DNA of 64,000 bases, taken from Balanoglossus misakiensis. Lineage: Eukaryota > Animalia > Hemichordata. Below are positions 11,501 through 22,234 of the stretch, piece by piece. The position numbers were made by a program, and so were the translations under genes. The number at the start of each line of letters is the position of its first letter. Position 1 is the stretch's first letter. The DNA lies in NCBI GenBank assembly GCA_040954595.2, contig CM082594.2, positions 9,366,296-9,430,295 of the forward strand. Reading direction: 5' to 3'. The notes beneath the pieces are model-generated. The model was given only the letters and a program-made list of their open reading frames with translations, did no database searches and was not told the DNA's origin.

Positions 11501-14500
11501 TGGTGTTTTCTTCGTCGAACAACGAAGATCAGAAAACGACGTTACAGCGTCTCGGCATCGATCAGTCACGTGACGCTGCAAGGGAGAAAGCTGACACCGT
11601 TTAGACCTGATAATTGGTCCCTTTGCGGCAAAACAAGTCTTTCGAAATATCACATATCAGTCAGATCGCACGGCGCTCATTTGCATATGAAAGTTCGTCA
11701 AGCCAGCGACCGTTAATTTTCAAACAGACGGCAATAGGCCAGTTTTCAAGGTGATTTTCAACTTGATTTTTACACTCCGTGGTACAATAAAATACCATGC
11801 TAGCTCGATAAATTTCGAAAGTGATTCCTATTTTGCACTGCAGACGTAAATTTTATGAGAATCTGTCGGTAATAGTAGTAGTTTTTAGCGTGTTTTCGGT
11901 GGTATGTTGGTGACCTCGGAAGAGACGTCCACAAACGTGCCAAAAATCATTTGAAGACGACCTCGGAAGTTAACCAAGTTTTCGTGACAGATAGGTCTAA
12001 TATCGGTCCCAACATCCGTGAAAAGAAATTAACTCGAAATGCTTGTGTAACGGTCAGCTTAAAAATAATCGATGTAGTTCGACGATATGACCCGGAAGTA
12101 TAGGCCCTACGTTGACCTCTCCATGTTAGGCTTGTAAATACGGAAGTGTTGCGTTGCTCGTGAAACGACACGTTTATCGTGGGGAAAACAGTTTCTAAAA
12201 GACACTTGTCAAGTAAAAGTTACTGGATAGTGTATAACACTCTAAGGTAACATATCAGCCAAGTTTTAACTTAATTACTGGCCTGATTTCGACACAACAT
12301 CGATCAATCGCACGAGTGCCGCGCCCGGGTGCTCCACGCCGTTCGCCTACATTGGGCTACAAACAAATATTTGATTACCCATGCACAGAATGCCAGGTTT
12401 ACCGTTCGTGAGGAGCTCAGCTGACGTATTTTGTATATATTTTTTTCTCCGCATCGTGGGATATAAGTAGACTTTTCGAAAATGCCAAGTGTAACTTCGA
12501 AACCACTTCCCTTTATTCGCCGATGATATATGCAATAAATACAACATTTGTGTCTGAAGGCGAGCGATTTGTCATCATTGCATTGGGTCGATAAATAATA
12601 ATAATAGTAATTTATTTATTAAACAGTGTTCAAAATACTACTACAAAATACAGGATAAAGAGTTAAAAATACAACAAAATACAGAATAAATTGTCAACTC
12701 AGACAGCTAAAATAAAACAGTCAACTGCAACACCACCACCACCACAAAAATCAGTCTTCATCAATCTGAAAGAACAATAAAATTAAAAAAAGTGAGTTTC
12801 CTTGACGGGCAAACCTTCATAAAATAATTGTTAGGGTTTAGTAAAACTCGGGATTACATATCAGCAATCAAAATTTCTTCGCACGAGAGAGGAGGGAAAA
12901 CTACGCAGCTGGTAAAACCCAGGATCAAGCCTGCGCCAGCGTATATACGTACACATGCATGCTGTCTTCTCCCGCCATTTTGCAGAAGAAGTGGCGCTCA
13001 CGGGTTGAAAAGTAAACAAAATGGCGCTCACAGGTTGAAAGGTAAACAAAATTGAACTGGTCATATCGTCACTATCAAAGCTTGGAAGTGAATGAAAACT
13101 CAAAGAGAGGGAGTTTGATGTCTATATTTTGATAAAAGTTTGAAATTTCGTGGTAAAATCCATGTGTAACGGTCAGCTTAAAAATAATCGAGAGGATGTC
13201 AACGCTATGTGTTTTTTCACAGTCGTCAGAAATTTCGTGATTACAAAGAAACTACTCGACAGAAGTTGCCAAAAAATCATTCAGTAACAATCCAGTATAC
13301 CTACCTTCAAGTGAATCCACGGTTTTGTCTTAAAATAATCCACATCGCCTGAAAACAGCTCTATAATATCGAGTAAAAAAATGGCCTATTTCGCGACCCG
13401 TCAGCGGGGCCCACTCTAACGGCTACATGGTTTGAAGTACTTTCTTCATTTGCATATGTTAATGAATGCCGTGCGATCTGACTGATATCATAGACAAACA
13501 ATGACAATTGCCGGCGATAATTTTGGTGATTGGGGAGTTGAACACTTATCACCGTTTCCGTGTGGCCTTAGAGACCAGCCTGCCATGTTCTTGTTGAGAT
13601 TTAACCGAAAACCAGAAATCCAGAATACACTGCCGACAACTTAGACCTGAAGAGTGGACTATAAGCATAAAACTGCCAGATTAAGAGAGGATAAAGAGAG
13701 TGACGCTAATCTGATCGCGTGACACACTTTTTTTCAGTTGAAGACTAAGAATACACATTGCGACTCTAGTCGGTACAGAACCAAGACATGCATCTAGTGA
13801 ATATATCATGCACTATGCTAAATATGGATATTTTCAATCAAAATCATCCGATAAGCTTATATTGTGTACTGCACAGGAGAAACCCTACATGTTATATGGC
13901 TGTATGATACGACAGAATGAAAAAAAGGAGATGGAATGTCGCTGTTCAATTGATAACAGCGTTAATAGGGGGCTATCTGGGAACAAAATTTACTTCAATA
14001 GGAGTTGAATTGCGAGGACAGAGTCGGGCGGACTTTCATCCGACGCTCGAACTTAGAACAGGCGATATTTTCATGGCTGACTCCAATGGACCATAAATAA
14101 TAACTTTCGTACCTACGTAATTGATTCTTTGTGAGCAAAGCATCTATCGCGTTTAGTTTTCCAACCCATGGGACTTAATTCTTGCGCTGTTCGATTTAGC
14201 CCCTTTAATAATTGAAAAACTCCGCTCTCCATTTCATGACGGGATTAAACAGAAAATCTAAATCCACATCGACAGGAACTGACGCGCGCGCGCAAGATCC
14301 TCCCCTGTGCGCGCGAAACATTGATTTCCTTTGCCCTTCAAGCCCGAACATTACGGATTAGGTAAATCCAACCTGATTACAGGTAGCGGGAAGTCACTAA
14401 ACCATATCGGCACTCTCATCTCGATCTCGTATAAAGGTATAGATAACGTCTATATGCGAAGACAGTCAGCGATTCTCATGAAAGCCAACTTCGCGCACAC

Positions 14501-15241
14501 TGCAGCAGCGTGCGGAAAAGGTTTGTTTTATCGTTCGCTTCTCGAACACATACTATCCCCACTAGAAGGCTTTATTGGTTTATGACGGAACTGTTTTTTT
14601 TTAAACAAAACTATACATCCTCTTGGGTGTAATACTCTATGAAAATTTTATCCATTCGACAAATTATTCAAATGAATCGCAACATGGATTTAATATATAT
14701 GACAACCAAAATACATCTCGAAGAAATGTAACCATACCAACCGCCTTGGCGTGATCAATAAAACATGTTATGTGATGTGATATGTTTAAGTTGTCTAGTT
14801 AAAGCTTTAGAAAACTTACTTTTGACGGAAGTTTTGAATTGGCTCGATGCAAATTACCTTTCTTCCGCCAATGAAAGATTTTGATGGTCACGTTCTTTTT
14901 TCCACAATTCAGAACGTAGGTTGTATCAAATTTTGACTACAGTTTGGCCTTTTAACTGTTCTCAAATAAAGTTGTAAAGAGTTTTCGCCTGCTTTTAAAA
15001 TGATTTGTAATCTGTCACACACACAAACACCGAGAAATCGCATTGAACTTACCCGAGAGCGTGGTCGAGTGTTAGCGTAGCTGGCCTCGTAGACCGGCCG
15101 CACTGCGTTCAGGTCGGCGTACTCAAGCGACGCCAGAGCCGTTGATAAGTGATGCGATCGCCGGGCATGCTGCATGCAGTGATTCAAGTCATGAAGGCTG
15201 GCTAAGGTTATCAAGATAAACACAGCGCTGATCGTCCTCAT
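5550..15241 (-). CDS. Secreted cysteine-rich protein with a C-terminal colipase-fold (Dickkopf CRD2/prokineticin-type) domain; 355 aa, 5 coding exons
   Basis: Exons (-): 15241-15053, 6871-6364, 6273-6130, 5930-5772, 5617-5550. All introns are GT-AG with consistent phases (0,1,1,1); total 1068 nt. Signal-peptide-like MRTISAVFILITLASL, then an acidic middle, then 22 Cys. The last 10 follow C-x5-C-x4-CC-x13-C-x9-C-x15-CPC-x7-C-x4-C (CSNNNQCKPEECC...GSCPCDHSSGVVCIDGTC). AATAAA on - at 4806-4811. The join of exon 1 across the 8.2-kb intron is inferred from phase. Confidence 0.82.
5670..5755. repeat. Compound microsatellite (CAAA)n(TACG)n(TACA)n in intron 4 of the Cys-rich gene
   Basis: Directly visible: aaacaaacaaacatacgtacgtacgtacgtacatacatacgtacg...acatacatac. 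Confidence 0.95.
7224..7290. repeat. (TATG)n/(CTGT/CTGC)n microsatellite
   Basis: Directly visible: tgcctgcctgtgtgtatgtatgtatgtatgtatgtatgtctgcctgcctgtc. Confidence 0.9.
12044..13191. repeat. 29-bp exact direct repeat pair inside the TIR element
   Basis: TGTGTAACGGTCAGCTTAAAAATAATCGA at 12044-12072 and 13163-13191. Confidence 0.9.
12992..13051. repeat. 30-bp tandem duplication
   Basis: TGGCGCTCACGGGTTGAAAAGTAAACAAAA followed by TGGCGCTCACAGGTTGAAAGGTAAACAAAA (2 mismatches). Confidence 0.9.
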
Positions 15242-16186
15242 GGTTGTGATGCCGCGTGGCTCTCAAACGATCTGATAATCAACCTACTCAGACACGTATA
15301 TACTCAAGACGCAAGGCTATGAACGTGGCGTGGGCGGACGTGTGGCCTCGTTTCCATTTCAAATCATTTTCCGGTCATTTGTCGACACCCCCCCCCCCCC
15401 CTATTAACGTCACGCAATATACAAACAAAGGATTTACCCCCCCCCCCCCCGCAATCCAGCTGCATTGACTTTCATTCTCAATTTTTTTCTTGCTTAACTA
15501 TTGTCATTATAGGCGCCATAATTACACCATAAAATGTAAAAATAGGGACCGCTCATCTCATTTTAATACAATCATTTCTATACACATTTTCTAACACTTG
15601 GATTTTTTTTGCGATGTGCAAATCTGCTTTAATTTCCCCAAAATATTCGGCTATTTTACATATTTTCTTTCTTTTAAGAAAAATGGTGCACATTTTCATA
15701 AAAACAGTTATACACAGTTACTGAAACCATAGAAACAAACTTTTTAAGCTCTTTTGTGGGGGAAGAAAATAGGGGAAAATTCTCAAAACAATGATTTTTG
15801 CTGCGATTTTCAAAAACACAGTAATATACATTACAACCAAGCTACAACAGGTTAACAAAAGAATTAGGTACTCAGTCACTACATATTATAACATGTATCG
15901 ACTAATCTTCTCAGTACTAGTAAACCAGAGAAAAAAACCCACATGAAATTAACTTGGGGATTAAAACATGCTGTGTTTTGCAGAACCTGGTAACTTAGAT
16001 ATTCCACATCAAACAACTAACACTGTCTCTAAAAAAACTGGGGGAACATGAGAAAAGACAGTGTTACTCAGTTTTAATCCAGAGTTTTCAAGATGACATA
16101 TGAGAACCTTGATGTGTTTAAAACACTTCTCTTTTGATGACTTCCTGTACGCTTCAAATTAGACTTCAGGTGACATCTTCTCAACA

Positions 16187-19031
16187 CTACCAATCTTCAT
16201 CCTTGCCTTTTGTCAAAACTTCAAAACCGTCTTCCGTGATCAGTATTGTGTGCTCAAACTGTGCCGATCTGAAAACAATGTGGACATTTCAGTTTGAGCA
16301 TTTATCACTTGAAAAGATAACTTTAAAATCACACTACGGGTATCTAATTCACATAAGCCAATGTACAGTGTAATGTGCATACATGTAATTTCATGGCTTT
16401 TAATTCCATACCTTTCATTATTGGCAGAGACAACCGTCCAGTGATCGTCCAAGGCTATGGGATAAGTCTTTCCGTCGATAATCACAGGTTCTATTGTAAA
16501 TGCCATACCCACTTCCATTTTTTCCGGGAAACTGTTTACTATGGAAAAAAAAAAGCAAAAACAGGTCACATGACACGGCTGTACACAGGGAGGCTGCCAA
16601 CTGATCACATGACTTGGCTGAAAGTTTTTGCCCAAGACACTGAACACTCAGTGGCAAAACTGTGCCTGGTCTGAAACCCCCATCCCCTCATTTCAGCCGC
16701 TGGGCTGTGATGTTGTCTTAAAAATAGCATCAAGGACACTGTGGTCCCATTTGAGGATAGTCAACCAGGCTCTTCAACAGTATCTGCAGGTACTAACCTG
16801 TGTGAAGAATATCAGGTGGACCATGAAACTGTGAACCGATGCCATGACCCAAGAAACTAGGACTTGTACTGAAACCAGCCTCCTGGGCGATCTGACTGCA
16901 AGAGAGATTACAAAAAGACACATGAGAGATTAAAGCAGAAATGTTACCTAAGGTGGTGAAATTCTCTCTTCTGTCAAAAGCTAAGCTGTCATATCATAAG
17001 TAAATATTAAACATTTATTTGTAGTATTTGATGGCTAAGCTTATAAAAATTTTATACATATACATTTACATGTACTGGATAATATATGATTCTCTAATCC
17101 ACCAATGTTAATTTTAGTTACACAGACTGACCATACAGTATGCAGTTAATCACAAAACAGTGATATCTACACCGACAAAGAAATACTTACTCAACTTTGT
17201 AACCAATAGCAGCTAAGGGTGCCCCTGGCTTACAAACTCTTATGGCTTCATCACGACAACGCTTTGCCACGGCAACGAGTCGCTGACCAGCTTTGTCGAC
17301 ATCACCGATTAAAAAGGTTTCTGAGACATCACCATGGTAACCATCATGAAAGACCTTGTAAATGATAATTACAAATACTGTTTGCAAGGATCCATCAGAA
17401 ACTGTAAGGATTCTAGGTTGTGACTTGGCAAGACAAGTACGTCAGCCTTGAAGCCTGAACATTTTGTAATCATGTCAAATCTTTTAGCTTTTAGTATAAA
17501 CAAAATGCTTTGAAATACAAATAAATTATATTTGAACATTAAAGTATACAAATTTGACAACAGAAGGCAGTATTTGGGTAAGAAATTGAAGTTGGTTGTA
17601 AATAAAAAAAAAATATTTCCATGTCGGATCCAAAAATTATGGTCAGTCGAACACATGAGAAATAAAGGAAATACATTGTAAGTCATTGTCAATGACATAG
17701 TCCCCACTGATCAACAGATTAAGAAAACACTAGAGGAAATGAGATGGAATTTGAGTGCACAAGGATAACAGATCCAAGTAGACTATCTATAATCAAGGTG
17801 TGTCTCTACCTAGTTACGGTTTTAAAATATGCAATGGGACTTACTGTCACATCAATATTAATGATGTCACCATTTTGTAGTGGCCTGTTGTCTGGAACAC
17901 CGTGAACCATCACATTGTTGACAGACGTACAAACTGATTTAGGAAATCCGTTGTAGTTCAGAGGTGACGGGTAACAGTTTTCTTCAATGCAGGCATTATG
18001 AACTATGATGTCTATCTCTTCTGTGGTCATGCCAACCTAACAGAAAACAAACCAATGTCAATGACATACTTTTAATGAAGGACTGTATATGTTGAATATG
18101 TGACTGTTGATGCAGTACTCATAGTGTTTTACCGGGTGAGGCTTGCTTGCTTTAGTAGCTAGAAAATTTAATTTCTCTATTACCTTGACTTGCTTGCCTG
18201 CTAGATCTAGTATTTTTCTGGCAAGGGCACAAGACTTTCTCATCTTTAGCACTGCCCTTTCATTAAGTATCTCCGCGTTCTTTGACTTCATTGGAACTTT
18301 TCCTGTTTCTGCGTAACACGGTTTCTGTATGTGATCGGGAACGTTCCTCATGGGGGTTACAACGCCCGGTTCTACAATGCTGTAGGGCAATTCTTCAGCG
18401 GGCTTTCTCCAAATCCATTCAAACACAGACAGCAGGGACATAGTCCTTGAAAAAGTCCGAGTCCGCACACCGATTTCATGTTTGGTGAATATGTGCTGAC
18501 TTGCAGGGTTGTACAGTGACCGCCATTGAGGTCTCAGACTTACAAAGCTTCTTCCGAATTTCAGCACCCCTGTTTGAAAACAACCATCGTAGTATATTTA
18601 TCTTGTTACCACGGAAAGTCTAAATCTGTGGGGTGGCCTTGTGAAAAATGCATGCGTCTTTAACAATATATGGGCACATGTAAATATTGAGGGTGATTGT
18701 ATAATGATTGAGGTGAAAATTATACTGGGCTGCTGTTTATTCCAAGCCTTTCTCCGTGCGCGCGTGGCCATGTTATGGAAGTGTGTGTCTGTAGCTCTCC
18801 GTGGCAGGGCTCTGTTGGCCCCCCCCCCCCCCCTAGCTCTGCACTTGAGCGAGCCAGGATAGCCGCTTTTGTGTGCAGGTCTGTGATAAGGTGCCGGGAT
18901 AATGAAGACCTACACTCTATGTGTATCGCGGAGGCACAGACACAGGAATGAACGGCGTGCATCGCATCGACATTGTAAAAAAACTCTAGACATGCTCTAT
19001 ATTACTTACTTGACCCCATGGGCGCCGCCAT
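16187..19031 (-). CDS. METAP1D: Methionine aminopeptidase 1D, mitochondrial
   Basis: Exons (-): 19031-19010, 18569-18184, 18036-17845, 17354-17191, 16895-16798, 16538-16412, 16268-16187. MAAP start and basic transit-like N-terminus. Motifs [56 protein letters not shown] and [11 protein letters not shown] contain the metal-ligand residues. Confidence 0.96.
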
Positions 19032-21444
19032 GTTGGTTCGCTTGATGTTGACTAGCGCCTCCACGCGACAGAAAGACGGAAACTCATAAAAGCCAAGCGC
19101 AAGGATATCGGAACTCTAAAATGTTATTTTTGGATTAAACGTAGCTATAGGACAAACATCTGATTTTTCCATCGGATAAAAATGTCAACTTGAGTGATAA
19201 ACATCCAACTCTTCCGTTGGATTATTTTCTGCGTGTGTTCAGAGTAGTTCGGGAGAGATGCGTTACCATGGCTATTGATTGGTTTCTTTGTCTCTATAGC
19301 AACAAATGTCCCTGTAGTCTGTGATAACAGTCACGATAATTACTTTTTTTATCCCCGCCTTTCAGTCTTATAATTGACCCATCTACAAGCTGAACAAAGC
19401 CTCAGAAGATACTTGTTTTTCAACATGTATTTCCGCTATCGAAGACGACACTAAGGCCAATCACGAATGGTAATTAGCCAAGTTGTTTGTGCAGAGTGAA
19501 TGAAAATGTTTTCTCCTATGAAATTTTTTTCGTCGAACCCTAGGCACGACCAAGTTTTCCCCAAAACACAGCTCTGTATCATGCAGCTGCCCGTATGTCG
19601 GAGAGAACGAAAGTACGCCCTCACAGGCAGTTGGTAACACAGAATGACAATATAATCGATACAAAATACCAGTCGTACAAATCACACAAATGTTTCAGCA
19701 ATCAAACTTTTATTTTCAGGTTTACGATCCAGTGATAAAAGGACGTGAAATACCCGAGTATTCATTTTTCCCAGCGTGACAAGACAGAAACTACTAGACA
19801 CGCAAACCAAGAAAGAGAGTAAAAAAACATGGCGACAAAACTGAGAGTAAACGAGAAATGAAGTGGACATTGACAAAGAGTGCTACAATCTGATTTCGAT
19901 CAAAGCCTACAACGAAAAACACTCGTGTGGAAAAAGGAAAAAAACGTGTTCTAATTATCATCAACAACATGACTTTGTAAATATAAATCGCTCGAATATC
20001 GTTGAATTAGAAATCACTGCAGTCTGTTTAAGACTTGAGGATATTTACATGATATGTCACACTTTCATTAAAGTTTCGGACGGATTAAAACGTGAGATGA
20101 TGATGATGATCTATAGTTGTCACGGTAACGATATGGCCAGTAATCGTTACCAAATCGGTCGCACAGTACCACGTGGTACAGCATGGGGTCAGAATCACCA
20201 TCTCCATCGTCACGTGACTATTCAAGTTTCTGGTACTGGTGAGTGTTTTTGACGCATCGCAGATGAAAATAAACGTTCACGATTCCAGTTCATGATTATT
20301 TCCTTAGCCACCAAGGTTTCAGTTTGTTATAGTCGACATCAGGTTCACCCTATTAATGAAAAAAGTGAGATATACTTGTACTTCTAGTTGAAAGTGACAT
20401 TAACGATGGGTCGGTAGGACGAACAGACATGTAAATGTGAAAAACTCCCCGGATGTGTATTTCTATTCTTCATGTACATGTACGCACTTCTCGCTAATTA
20501 CGCATACCGGAAGCATACAAGGTCTATATGGTCAAAAAAAGCTGTCAAAACAGAGATTGTCTTCATACATGAAACCATAATATATTTTAATGATCTCTAA
20601 TTAAATGGCCAAACAGTAATCCGGTCTAAATCATGGATAACAATTTGAATTTTTCATGGCTTTCTGTGTAAAAAATACACTTTGCCGATCACGATTTGCC
20701 TTAGCTGACGTCATTAAGTAAATACACCTTAATTTAAGAGGGGTATGTTAAGATGACAATTGCACAGACGACAAAATGTTTTCGCTTTTTCGTTTTACCT
20801 AATTACCAAGTGTGGCCTTTAAGTTCGACGTTCAATTTTACATCTATTAGAGATTAGAGCTCGTTTGATTAACAGGGTTTACTTTTATCAAATGTCATCA
20901 GTTTCCCAGGTATCTCATGGGGACATGTGACATATAAATCAACCTGAGGAATTTCGAGTACATGTTCGTGACTCACGAACAACTATTATCATAATTATCT
21001 GAGAGTTATCACATCGCTTGAACTTATTATCGCTTGGATATTAACAAAAGTAAGGTTTGTAATTTGACTGGGCTGCCATAGGTTTCTTGTGTGACCCTTG
21101 ACCCTTTCACAATCATCGACGGTCACTCAACTTGTCTCACCGACAACTGAGATGACGTCACGGGTTCTGCTTTCAGCTGAAATTGGCCGTATCAGGAGTC
21201 TGTTCGCGAGGTTACAAAACATAGAACTATACAATGCGACAACAATGTGAGTGTTACAGAACACCACGTTTCAATTTAAAATGTGAAATTTAAAACACTC
21301 ACTGCAATCTAAGCATAAGGCTTTGTTGTTACGTTGCCATGGCCACGATAACCCCCACGAAAAGCCCGTTACAATAACACAATGGCATTCTTTTCAAAGG
21401 AGGTAAAAGTTATTTTAAAAACCACCAATTCATGCAACCACCCA

Positions 21445-21545
21445 CCGGTCAGTCCATCCATCCATTTATCTACCACACAGATCACCCAATCCAAACACCC
21501 ATCCCTTGTCCCTCAATTTCTACCCTCCCATTTAATCCACCAACC
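21445..21545. repeat. Degenerate (CCAT/CCAA)n tetramer tract
   Basis: ccatccatccatttatctacc...cccaatccaaacacccatccc...ccaccaacc. It looks intronic, which supports the donor at 21566. Confidence 0.6.
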
Positions 21546-21565
21546 GGTTTCAGTGTGCACGTCAC

Positions 21566-22234
21566 CTCCAGAACATCCTTCACTCCAGGCTTCTCGAAAT
21601 ACGTCTGCGCATGCGGGTCCTTCTTTGCGTCATACGGCGGTATTAATGGCTTCCATCTTGTCACACTTTTCTCAGCGATGATACAATCCAAAGTAAATCT
21701 TCTTTCTCTGTCTCGTAGTCTGGACACGGGCGGAGTCGGCAGCACTCGTTTTCTGGTCGATAGTTTGTTTAAACTCCTTGCAGTATCGCATTTTTCTGAT
21801 TCCTACAAATAAAGAGGAGAAAACTCAGTGTCTGAATAATCGGTGACGTAACTGACTCTGCATCTAGCAAAACTTGTACTCGCATCTTTCTATGACCAAT
21901 ATGTGCACACATACGGTTTGTAGTACTGCAATCTGGTATATGTTTTACTTGCTGTACTGATGTTTACCTGGTCAGACAGGGTCAGACTCTGTTTAACCAC
22001 CTGCTGTACGTGCGGTGATTTGAAGTAAGCCCGACAATACTTGTCTTGCAATGCATTGTAGGATGGTATGACTGGCCCCAGCATCGTCCGCTGTTTTTCT
22101 GCCAGAATGGAGTCCAGCACAAACCCTTCCTCGAGTTCGCGGATTTTCTTGCTGGACATCCACGGTTTGATGCCGGCTTGGACTCGGTCCCGGTGACGTA
22201 GCGGCGTGCGATACAAAATGTGGTTGTGTGTCAT
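21566..22234 (-). CDS. SPMAP1/C17orf98 (DUF4542)-related paralogue with two tandem copies of the core motif; 3' end uncertain
   Basis: Coding exons (-): 22234-21968 (ELEEGFVLDSILAEKQRTMLGPVIPSYNALQDKYCRAYFKSPHV) and 21802-21566 (RERRFTLDCIIAEKSVTRWKPLIPPYDAKKDPHAQTYFEKPGV), joined at a phase-0 junction. A non-coding 5' exon ends at donor 22308, with acceptor at 22241. The terminal exon is unresolved: either read-through to the stop at 21482 or a short exon near 21199. Confidence 0.72.

Larger units (their letters stand above)
11658..13484. mobile_element. Non-autonomous TIR DNA transposon (~1.83 kb) in intron 1 of the Cys-rich gene
   Basis: Perfect 21-bp inverted repeat ATATCAGTCAGATCGCACGGC at 11654-11674 and 13468-13488, with imperfect similarity extending to ~40 bp. 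It is flanked by ATAT (or TA) as a possible TSD. Internal 29-bp direct repeat and 30-bp tandem repeat; no transposase ORF seen. Confidence 0.75.

Noticed and set aside
12992-13051. 30-bp repeats as a CRISPR-like array
   Set aside because: Only two adjacent units, no spacers and no cas genes, in a eukaryotic TE context.
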